Shown here: positions 48,871 through 57,165 of the stretch, piece after piece
Layout of the letters: every line of letters starts with the position of its first letter
Numbering within the stretch: position 1 is the first letter of the stretch
DNA from: Candidatus Eiseniibacteriota bacterium
GTDB taxonomy: Bacteria > Eisenbacteria > RBG-16-71-46 > CAZAMP01
Reading direction: 5' to 3'
Length of the DNA: 64,000 bases
Assembly (NCBI GenBank): GCA_965224245.1
Contig: OZ245046.1
Span: 5,472,001 to 5,536,000 of the forward strand
Notes under the pieces: generated by a model
Told to the model about the DNA's origin: nothing
Seen by the model: only the letters and a program-made list of their open reading frames with translations
Database searches by the model: none
Program-made: the position numbers and the translations under genes

Positions 48871-51801
48871 TCAGTCGGGGTCGCCGATGAGGATGAACGG
48901 CGCCCAGTAGTAGGGGTGCGCAAACCGCTGGTGACCCTCGGAGTCACGACGCTCGCGAAGCCAGCGCTTGGCGCGGCGGAGCGCTTCGGCCTTGCCCGGA
49001 GCCCCGTCGTGGTCGGGCGCGCGGCCGAGCCAGATCTCGTAGAAGCGCGTCATGAGGAGCGCGGTCGCGCGATCGTCGACCCGCCACAGGCTGACGAGGA
49101 CGCTACGCGCCCCCGCTTCCAGAAACGCGTGCGCGAAGCTGATCAGTCCCTCGCCCGCGATCTCCGGCCCGACTCCCGTCCGGCACGCACCCAGCGTCAC
49201 GAGATCGGCGTCCAGCTTCCAGTCCCTGGAGATCTCGTCGACGGTCACGACGCCGCGGTGCGCCCGGCGACCGGAGAGAACGGCTTCCAGCGGATCGTCC
49301 AGGTCGTGCTGGGCCAGCACGAGCACGGACCGCTCCGGGAACGTCTCGTCCACGATCGCGTGGGTGGCGAAGTGCAGGACACCGAACGTCCGGAGCGCGT
49401 CCCGTTCGGCCAGCTCGACCAGCGCGCGCTCGGTCGCGGCGGGGCCCACGAGCATCTCGCGACGCGGGAACGACGGCGCAATGAGCGCGATCTCGTCGGC
49501 CGACGCCGCAAGCCTGGGCAGACTGGACCGAAGGCGGGGATCGGGACCGCGCGCGAGGAGCTCCGGGTCGCCGTCCGGCTCCGCGGCGGAGTCCGGTGCC
49601 GGACCGAACGGCGGATCCGCCACCAGAAGTGCCGGACGCTCCGACGGCGCGCGGCCGGTGCGCGCGGTCTCCCGGAGGTGCGTGTGGACCGTGGCCGAGG
49701 GCGTGTACGCGCTCGCCAGCCGGTCGACGAGCGCGGTGCCGTCGGCGTCGACCAGAGCGTCGATCGGCGCGAACGACATGGCGCCCGAGCCCACGATCAC
49801 GATCGACCGCACGCCGTCGAGAGCGTCGCCGAGCGGCTCCAGGCGTTCGGCCCACCACGAGCGTGCGATCGGGGTCGTGGTCGAGTCCGGCGGCCCGAGC
49901 GCCATTCCCGCCTCGTCCTCGATCGCCGCGCGAAGCGGAGACCGTGTCCCGGATCCGTCGCACGGGATGCGTCTCCAGTCGACGTCACCCCGCCGGCGAA
50001 TCACGTAGCTCCATACCTCCGGCGGCTGGTGGCGCGGTCGAACCTCGAGCCAGCCCAGCACGGCCTCGTGCGGACCCAGCGAGGCTTGAACCCGCTCCAG
50101 AGGGAAGGGCCGGTCGATCGACAGCCCGAGGGCGGTCGAGCCCGTGGTCTCGGCGCGGTCGGACATGACCTCCAGGAGCTCGTTCCGGAGCGTTCGCAGC
50201 TGCTCGCGCACGGCCGGATCCTCCCGGTCAGGAGACTCCAGGAGCGCGGCGTGCTGCGTCTCGAGCCGGCGGTGCCGGAGCCGGAGCGCACGATCCCGCT
50301 CTCGTGCATGCTCGGGAACGACCGGGATGCGGCCCCCCAGGAGATGATCGGCGGCAACGCGTCCCACGGCGCGCTCGGCATCGTCCCAGGCCGTGCGCGC
50401 CCTGGCGCGTGATCTCGCACCGCCCTTGCGCAGCGCCAGCGCCGCGAGTCGGGAGTACGGCTCCTGTGCCGTCACCGCCCGCATCACACCGCTGGCGATC
50501 ATGCGGCGTCGCAGCTCGAAGCGAGGCACGTAGGCCGAGAGGACGTCCGTGGCCTCGTCCACTCGGTCCTGAGCCGCGAGCACGTCCGCGAGATCGATCG
50601 CGTTGCGATCCGGGGGACTCGCGCGCCGGTCGCCGAGCTCGAGCGCCTTCCGGAGGTGGGCCTCGGCCCGGGACAGATCCCCTCCACACCAGTGGGCGCG
50701 CGCCAGGACGTAGTGCGCGTGCTCCATCGACGGGTGATCGGGTCCGTACATCTCGAGGTTTCTCTCGAACGCCTCGCGTGCCCAGACCAGCGCCGACGGA
50801 TCGCCGAGCCCGGCGAGCGCGGCCGAGCGGCTGGACAGGCAGGCGGTGACGTGCGGCGACGAGTCGGGGTAGTTGGCGCGAGCGAAGCTCAGCGCCCGCT
50901 CGTACCACGCGTGGCTGGCCTCCCGATCGCCGAGGGCGCCCGTGCAGATCCCGAGGGTCGTCATAACGCGGAGATACGCGTTCGGGAGCTGATCGGGCCG
51001 TTCGTCGAGAACGCGAAAGGCCTCCTCGGCCCACTCTCGACCGCGTCCCCAGTCGCGCAGGGTCGATGCGGTTCCGGCCAGGTGCACGAGCACGCTCGCG
51101 CTGAGATGGCTCTGCCCGTGGAGCCGCCGCGACATCGCCAGCGCGCCCAGCATCGGCGCCGTCGACTCCGCGTAGCGGCCGGCCAGCGCCAGGCAGCTCC
51201 CGAGGTTGCGAAGCGCCAGCACCGTCTGCGGATGATCGCCGTATGCGGCACGCCAGATGCGACTAGCCGCCACGAAGTGATCGATCGCCTCGGCGTGCAG
51301 GCCCCAGTCGCGCAGGATCATGCCGAGGTTGGCCCTGGACTCCGCGATTCCGGGATCGTCGGGATCGAGCGTCGCGAGGCGGGCGTCCAGCGTGCGGCGC
51401 GCGGCGATCTCCGCCTCATCGAAGCGCCCCATGTCGAGGTACGCGTTGGAGAGATAATCGAGCGACGTCAGCACGTCGGGATGGCTGCGCCCGAGCCACC
51501 GCTCACGCACGGCGAGCTGCCGCTCGGCGATCGCGGGCACCTCGGAGAATCGCTGGCGCTCGCAGTGCGATTCGATCAGCGGCGTCAGCGCATCGACCTC
51601 CGCCAGCTCCGCACGCGCACTCGCGGCCAGCGCGAGGATCGTCTCCAGCGTCGACACCAGCTCACGCGCCTCGCGACGCTCGTGCGGCCGGCTCCGGGGA
51701 TCGGACTCCAGCGCGGCGAGTCGTTCACGGGCGAGGCGGAGGGCGGTCTGGTAGTCGCCGTCGGCGCGATGCGCCCGGATCCGGTGCCATCGATCGTCCA
51801 T
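48871..51801 (-). CDS. TPR-CHAT (caspase-like) protease, no signal peptide (module 2)
   Basis: TPRs 'LGRSHPDVLTSLDYLS', 'YGPDHPSM'; His 'LHFATHA'; Cys 'VTLGACRTG'; 'SLWRVDD'; 'HPYYWAPFILIG'. Confidence 0.93.
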   Translation of the reverse strand: MDDRWHRIRAHRADGDYQTALRLARERLAALESDPRSRPHERREARELVSTLETILALAASARAELAEVDALTPLIESHCERQRFSEVPAIAERQLAVRERWLGRSHPDVLTSLDYLSNAYLDMGRFDEAEIAARRTLDARLATLDPDDPGIAESRANLGMILRDWGLHAEAIDHFVAASRIWRAAYGDHPQTVLALRNLGSCLALAGRYAESTAPMLGALAMSRRLHGQSHLSASVLVHLAGTASTLRDWGRGREWAEEAFRVLDERPDQLPNAYLRVMTTLGICTGALGDREASHAWYERALSFARANYPDSSPHVTACLSSRSAALAGLGDPSALVWAREAFERNLEMYGPDHPSMEHAHYVLARAHWCGGDLSRAEAHLRKALELGDRRASPPDRNAIDLADVLAAQDRVDEATDVLSAYVPRFELRRRMIASGVMRAVTAQEPYSRLAALALRKGGARSRARARTAWDDAERAVGRVAADHLLGGRIPVVPEHARERDRALRLRHRRLETQHAALLESPDREDPAVREQLRTLRNELLEVMSDRAETTGSTALGLSIDRPFPLERVQASLGPHEAVLGWLEVRPRHQPPEVWSYVIRRRGDVDWRRIPCDGSGTRSPLRAAIEDEAGMALGPPDSTTTPIARSWWAERLEPLGDALDGVRSIVIVGSGAMSFAPIDALVDADGTALVDRLASAYTPSATVHTHLRETARTGRAPSERPALLVADPPFGPAPDSAAEPDGDPELLARGPDPRLRSSLPRLAASADEIALIAPSFPRREMLVGPAATERALVELAERDALRTFGVLHFATHAIVDETFPERSVLVLAQHDLDDPLEAVLSGRRAHRGVVTVDEISRDWKLDADLVTLGACRTGVGPEIAGEGLISFAHAFLEAGARSVLVSLWRVDDRATALLMTRFYEIWLGRAPDHDGAPGKAEALRRAKRWLRERRDSEGHQRFAHPYYWAPFILIGDPD

Positions 51802-52124
51802 GCGTGGCGCTTCTCCGGGCTGGCGGCCAACCTGAGATCGGCATCCGGCGGGCGCCGGCGCCGGACCCGTACCCATCCATGGTACTGCATCTCCCGCGGC
51901 GAGACGTCGATCGGGACCCGCGCGCGGTCACACCGGGCCACGCGGAGCGACCTCGGAACGTGGCGCCGGCGTGCCGGTCCGGCGCGGTCGCGCACGAGGA
52001 GACCCTTGGAGGTGTCGTGTCGGCGACGATGGCGGTCGCGAGTAGCGGTCCCCGCGATTATGCTCTGAGGGTTGGGCGGCCGGTTGCCGCGCGTACCGAA
52101 CCTCCGACGAACGAGCGACGGACG

Positions 52125-52688
52125 ATGCACGACGCGACCCGAGCGGACAGCACCGGAATCGACTGGGGAGAGATCCGCGCGCTGGCGCGGCGCCGTCTGG
52201 AGGTCCTGATCGACGCGCGCGACCGCGACGACCTCGACGATCTCGTGCAGGAGATCTGCATCCGGTATCTCCGGGTGGCCCGTCGCGAGGGCATCGATGA
52301 TCCCGACGGGCTGGTCATGACGCTGGCCCGACGCACACACGTCGATCACATCCGTCGCGGCCTGCGCATTCGCCGCCGATCCGAGGCGCTCGAGCGCGAG
52401 TACGACGCGGCACCCGTGCCGTCGGCCGCCGGCGTCCCCGATCCGCTGGGAAGCCTCATCGATCGCCTCCCGCTGATCGTGCAGGAGGTGTTCCGCGAGC
52501 ACGGACGCGACGAGTGCGTCGAGCTCCTGAACCTCTTCTGCTCCGGACGACCCTGGAGCCAGGGGGCGGCCGAGCGGGGCGTGGCGCCACCCACACTGCG
52601 GAAGCGATGGTCTCGCTGCCTCGACATCGCGCGCTCGGCGCTGTCCGCCGACCCGTTGCTGGCCGAGCACGTCCGGAGCGGAGGCTGA
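52125..52688 (+). CDS. ECF sigma factor (module 2)
   Basis: 'DDLDDLVQEICIRYL', 'ARRTHVDHIRR', region-4-like 'WSQGAAERGVAPPTLRKRWSRCL'. Confidence 0.75.
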   Translation: MHDATRADSTGIDWGEIRALARRRLEVLIDARDRDDLDDLVQEICIRYLRVARREGIDDPDGLVMTLARRTHVDHIRRGLRIRRRSEALEREYDAAPVPSAAGVPDPLGSLIDRLPLIVQEVFREHGRDECVELLNLFCSGRPWSQGAAERGVAPPTLRKRWSRCLDIARSALSADPLLAEHVRSGG

Positions 52689-52691
52689 CCC

Positions 52692-53516
52692 ATGGACGAG
52701 CATGCGGTGACGGAACGCCTCCTCGTGGCCTATCGCCTCGGGCTGCTCGACGATGCGTCGCGTGAGGCCGTGTGTGACCACCTGGCCACGTGCGACGCCT
52801 GCTCCGAGCTCGAGACCGAGATCGCCACACGCCTGGGCGAGGACGCCACCGTCGACCGGCACGTGAGCCCGACGATGCTGGTCGGCTGGCCGATGGCGGT
52901 GATCTCGCTGACCGGCCTCGAGCGGCGTGCCGTGTCGGCGCACCTACGGCGGTGTGCCGACTGCCGGGACGATCTCCGGCGTCTGGGATACGATCCCGTG
53001 CTGTCGGACGCGTCCGCCCTCGAGGTGGCGGCCACCTCACGCGAGCCGGGATGGCTCGCGCGCGCGGTGAACGCGGTCGCGGCGTTGCCGCTGTCTCCGC
53101 TTCCGGTCAACCCGTCGCGCGGTGCGGCCGGTGACGAGGCCGAGGCGGCGATGTGGCGGGGACTCGACCGGTACCGATCGGGCGACTACGCGGCGGCCGT
53201 GCGCGAGCTCGCCGCCGCGGGAGACGCCGCGCACGACCGGCCGGAGGTGCGACTCTACGAGGGGTCGGCGCGGCTCCTGTGCGGTGATCTCGCCGGGGCG
53301 CGCTCGGCGCTCACGGCCGGGGCGTCCGGGGCGCTCGAGGGATCGCGCGTCGAGCGAGAGATCGGCTGGCTTCTCGCGATGGTGCAGATCGCGTCCGGCC
53401 GGTTCGAGGCGGCCGCGGACCAGCTGCGATCGTTGACCGGGTCCGGGGACCGGGCCCAGGAGGCGCGCGAGACGCTGGACGCGCTCGTCGGGCTGAGGCT
53501 GGTGTCCGAGGCATGA
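52692..53516 (+). CDS. Anti-sigma factor with two zf-HC2 motifs and C-terminal TPR
   Basis: 'HLATCDAC' and 'HLRRCADC'; TPR-like 'GLDRYRSGDYAAAVREL...RLYEGSARLLCGD'; 3 bp after the sigma stop; no clear TM helix. Confidence 0.8.
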   Translation: MDEHAVTERLLVAYRLGLLDDASREAVCDHLATCDACSELETEIATRLGEDATVDRHVSPTMLVGWPMAVISLTGLERRAVSAHLRRCADCRDDLRRLGYDPVLSDASALEVAATSREPGWLARAVNAVAALPLSPLPVNPSRGAAGDEAEAAMWRGLDRYRSGDYAAAVRELAAAGDAAHDRPEVRLYEGSARLLCGDLAGARSALTAGASGALEGSRVEREIGWLLAMVQIASGRFEAAADQLRSLTGSGDRAQEARETLDALVGLRLVSEA

Positions 53517-53598
53517 GACGTGCCGGCGAGTCACTCGACGTATTTCTGGACCGGTTCCGTCCGTCCACCGGGTGTACCCCGAGCCCGTAGGAGGAGCC

Positions 53599-55497
53599 AT
53601 GACGCGTCGAGTCCTCGCTGCCGCCACGCTGTGCATCGTCTGCGGATCCGCCGACGCCGCCACGATCGTCTCGACGACGACGGGCGGACCCTGGGACGAC
53701 GGCGCCACCTGGGTGGGCGGGGTCGTACCCGGTGCGGATGACGACGTCGTCCTGGCCGGTCCGGTCCAGGTAACCGCCACCCGGGCGTGTGCCGGCCTGG
53801 ACGTCCTCTCGACCGGGCTCCTGACCACCTCCACCGCCGGCGTGGCGCGGCTCGACGTCTCGGGATCGGTCTCCAACGAGGGCACGATCGAGGATACGTT
53901 TCCGCTCACGCTCTCGATCGGCGGCGACCTCGCGCAGCACGGGGTGCTCGCGAACGACGAGACCGTGTTCACCGGGGTCATCGACCACCACGTCGCGGCG
54001 TCGACGGACGTCGAGTGCGATCTGACGCTGGACGACGCGGCCACCGGTGACGTGCGGGTCGACACGCCGCTCCGGACCCTCGCGGACGTGGATCTCGGCA
54101 GTGGACGGATGGTGCTCGGTACCGACTGCCCGCTCACGCTGGGTCAGTCCGGGCTCTCGGGCACGCTCGTCGCGGACGGCAACGAGGTGCGGTTCGAGTC
54201 GTGGTCGTACCTTCTGGCGTGCACGATCGAGGATGCGGTTCTGGTGGGCACCGCCACGGTCACGCATGGCGTCACGTTCACCGGGACGGTCACCGTGATG
54301 GACCTTCTCCAGAACTCACCCTCGGCCGGGGGCTCGATCGTCACGATCGACGGCGACCTGATCAACCGCGGCGACATCCTGCGAACCGACTACAGCTTCG
54401 TGATGTTCCTGTCGGGCGACCTCGAGACCGACGGGCTGATCGCGATCAGTCAGATCGAGATGGACGACGCAGCCGAGCACCGAGTGCGCATGGGTCCCGA
54501 CGGCCAGGTCGACGCGAACGTGTTCCTGCCGGAGTTCGGCGCCGGGACCCTGATCACCGAGACCGACGTGCACTTCTCGGACGGCGTGTCCCTCGGTCTC
54601 GGCGGGACGCTGGTCCTCGCGCCGTCGACGACGCTGCGGCTGACCGGGTCGGGATCGATCAGCGGCGGCGCGCTCCTGGCCAACGGGAGCACGATCCGGA
54701 TGGACGGGCCGGGTGTGCTCTTCGCGACCTCGATGGATCACGTCGTGCTCGACGGATCGGTCAGCATCGTGGGGACGACCACGGTCACCGGCGGGCTCAC
54801 GGTCACGGGCTCGCTACGGCCGCGGCCGGGCAACCCGGCGGACCTGGCGATCGACGGCACGTTCCTCAACGAAGGGGACGTGCACGACGACGGCGCGGCC
54901 CTCACCATCACCGCCTCCGGTGATCTGCTGAACCGGGGCATCATGTCGAACGCACGGGTGACGCTGGCCGGTGACGTGGACCAGCGCGTGGAGACCGGCA
55001 TCGGGATCGGCGTGCCGGAGTTCGTGCTCGATTCGCGCCTCGATGCGACGACGTACCAGTGGTTCCGAAACGGCTTGCCGCTTGCGGGCGAGACGCTCTC
55101 CACGCTCACCTTCGCCACCGTGGGCGTGGCCGAGCACGGGACCTATCACTGCGAGGGTGACGGCGGCGTGCTCTCGCGTCTCTTCGTCATCGCCGAGGGC
55201 ATCAGCGTCGACGTTCCGTCCGTTCACGGGCCGGCGCTCGAGGTGCTCGGACCGGCGCGTCCCAATCCGTTCCGTCCCGTGACGACCATCACGTTCGAGC
55301 TGGCGCGGTCCGGCCCGGTCCGGCTGGCCGTGTACGACGTGATGGGTCGCGAGATCTCGGTTCTGGTCGAGGACCGACTCGGGGCCGGTCCGCACCGAGC
55401 CACCTGGCGGCCGGGCGATGCGGCTCCGGGCGTCTACTTCTTCCGGCTGGCCGCCGCCGGGGTCGAGCGGACCCGGCGGGGCGTGCTGATCGAGTGA
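53599..55497 (+). CDS. Secreted beta-helix/Ig protein with G8-like N-terminus and T9SS-like CTD
   Basis: 'STTTGGPWDDGATWVGGVVPGADDDVVL', Ig 'TYQWFRNG...GTYHC', 'RPNPF...VYDVMGREI...GVYFFRL'; AGGAGG RBS. Confidence 0.8.
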   Translation: MTRRVLAAATLCIVCGSADAATIVSTTTGGPWDDGATWVGGVVPGADDDVVLAGPVQVTATRACAGLDVLSTGLLTTSTAGVARLDVSGSVSNEGTIEDTFPLTLSIGGDLAQHGVLANDETVFTGVIDHHVAASTDVECDLTLDDAATGDVRVDTPLRTLADVDLGSGRMVLGTDCPLTLGQSGLSGTLVADGNEVRFESWSYLLACTIEDAVLVGTATVTHGVTFTGTVTVMDLLQNSPSAGGSIVTIDGDLINRGDILRTDYSFVMFLSGDLETDGLIAISQIEMDDAAEHRVRMGPDGQVDANVFLPEFGAGTLITETDVHFSDGVSLGLGGTLVLAPSTTLRLTGSGSISGGALLANGSTIRMDGPGVLFATSMDHVVLDGSVSIVGTTTVTGGLTVTGSLRPRPGNPADLAIDGTFLNEGDVHDDGAALTITASGDLLNRGIMSNARVTLAGDVDQRVETGIGIGVPEFVLDSRLDATTYQWFRNGLPLAGETLSTLTFATVGVAEHGTYHCEGDGGVLSRLFVIAEGISVDVPSVHGPALEVLGPARPNPFRPVTTITFELARSGPVRLAVYDVMGREISVLVEDRLGAGPHRATWRPGDAAPGVYFFRLAAAGVERTRRGVLIE

Positions 55498-55532
55498 CTC
55501 GGGCCCCGGCATGCGTGATCGCATCCCCGCTA

Positions 55533-55577
55533 CCGACCCCGCCGACCCCGCCGACGCCGCCGACGCCGCCGACGCCG
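55533..55577. repeat. 9-bp tandem repeat CCGAC(C/G)CCG x5
   Basis: Visible directly between two convergent genes. Confidence 0.7.
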
Positions 55578-55594
55578 CTCGCGTGACCGACGGA

Positions 55595-56038
55595 CTACCC
55601 CGATGCGAAGAGGGCGCGCCCGACGGGCGTCAGGCGGTAGCCGCTCGGATACTCGAGGTCGAGGAATCCCCTCTCGGCGAGGCGCTGGCAGTAGTGCTCG
55701 ACGCGGCTGGTCGGCGCGCCGAGAGCGGTGCCGAGCTGCGATGCGGTGATGCCGGCCACGCCGTCTCCATCCACGCCCCCCGAAACCGACTGCGGCGCCG
55801 CGACCGGCACCGGGGCCGGCACGGCCTCGGGATCCGGGTCCGCCACCCGGTGCAGGATGTCCCTCTCGAGGTCGCTCAGGCTCGCGGAGGCCAGTCGGCG
55901 CGCGCCGGCGAGCAGCACTCCCCCCAGTGGATCGGTCCTGGCATCGTGGCGCACGAGCGCGCGGAGCGTCAGGATCGACAGGGAGAGAGCGCCGGCCGCG
56001 ATGGGGCCGGCACGACGTGCGAGAGCCCGGAGATGCAT
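55595..56038 (-). CDS. Small protein with N-terminal hydrophobic segment and C-terminal winged-HTH-like domain
   Basis: 'LSDLERDIL...ITASQLGTALGAPTSRVEHYCQRLAERGFL...YRLTPVGRAL' resembles a MarR-type wHTH. Confidence 0.5.
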   Translation of the reverse strand: MHLRALARRAGPIAAGALSLSILTLRALVRHDARTDPLGGVLLAGARRLASASLSDLERDILHRVADPDPEAVPAPVPVAAPQSVSGGVDGDGVAGITASQLGTALGAPTSRVEHYCQRLAERGFLDLEYPSGYRLTPVGRALFASG

Positions 56039-56169
56039 CCGGGAATCATACCGTGAGAGCCGGGGCGCGGTGTGGGCCGGCATCGGTCCCGGACCTGCCC
56101 CGGACGTCGTTTGGTCGATGTCGGCCGTGTCCTCGGCCCCCGGTCCGGTGGACCGGTGGCGCCGGGGCC

Positions 56170-56197
56170 GTAACCTCCGGGACACGTCACCCGTCTA
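56170..56197 (+). promoter_or_regulatory. ECF-type promoter GTAACC-N16-CGTCTA
   Basis: Classic AAC(-35)/CGT(-10) ECF architecture about 30 bp upstream of ATG 56229. Confidence 0.5.
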
Positions 56198-56228
56198 CCC
56201 TGGCGAGTGCACGATCCGGGGAGGAACC

Positions 56229-57077
56229 ATGCGCACCAGTCAGCTCGCCGTCGGCTCGATCCTGATCGCGGCCACCGTATCGGTCGCGTCCGTTGCACGG
56301 CCCGCGGGGGAGTCGGAGCCGGCGGAGCCGCTCGCCGTCGTCCCGTGGACGCCGTATCTGGGCAAGCTCCACACGATCACGGTCGCGATCGGAGACACCG
56401 ACGCACCGTTTCTGTTCGACACCGGAGGCGGCGCGACGTGTATCACCCCCGAGCTCGCCGGCGAGATCGGCTGCGAGCCCTACGGGCAGGCATCGGGCTT
56501 TCGTCTCAGCGGCGAGCGGGTGACCTTTCAGTGGTGCGACGACGCCGTGCTCACGGTCGCCGGCGTTCCCCTGTCGGTGGAGCTGTCGGTCTTCGACATC
56601 ATGTCGCTGCTCGGCGACGCACCCCCTCTCGGGGGGCTGGTCTCGGTGCACACGTTCGCCCGGCAGCCCTTCACGATCGACTTCGACGGGACGCAGCTCA
56701 TCCTCGAATCGGAGGCGAGCCTCCGAGCTCGCATCGAGGACCTCCAGCCGCTCTCCGCCCGGTTCGCCCACCAGGCGGGAGGGGCGAGCCTGGATCCGTT
56801 CATCGAGGTACGGGCCGAGACCGGGACGCTCTGGCTCGAGCTGGACTCCGGCAATCTGGGGCGCACGATCCTCGCCCCGCACACGGCCCAGCAGCTGGGC
56901 CTGGCGACCACCGAGGATCAGGTGGTGGCGCTCGACATCATGGGACTCGGACCCGTGCCACTCCAGGTGCGTTTCCTCGACGGGTGCATCTACGACGGCG
57001 TGGTGGGGGTCGAGTTCTTCCAGGGACGGCTCGTCACGATCGATGCCACCCGTGGGGAGATCTGGGCCGGCCGATAG
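56229..57077 (+). CDS. Secreted two-domain retropepsin-like aspartyl protease
   Basis: 'FLFDTGGG' and 'LELDSGN', 'DGVVGVEFF'; signal peptide; GGAGG RBS. Confidence 0.85.
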   Translation: MRTSQLAVGSILIAATVSVASVARPAGESEPAEPLAVVPWTPYLGKLHTITVAIGDTDAPFLFDTGGGATCITPELAGEIGCEPYGQASGFRLSGERVTFQWCDDAVLTVAGVPLSVELSVFDIMSLLGDAPPLGGLVSVHTFARQPFTIDFDGTQLILESEASLRARIEDLQPLSARFAHQAGGASLDPFIEVRAETGTLWLELDSGNLGRTILAPHTAQQLGLATTEDQVVALDIMGLGPVPLQVRFLDGCIYDGVVGVEFFQGRLVTIDATRGEIWAGR

Positions 57078-57165
57078 CGCGGGACCCTGGCTCGGAACGC
57101 CGGCTCGTGTATCCTCCGAGGATGTGCGAGGAAGCTCCGAACCGACCACCGGCGCGGCGCGACGC

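Noticed and set aside
55533-55577. CRISPR-like repeat
   Set aside because: 9-bp head-to-tail microsatellite with no spacers; no cas genes in the window
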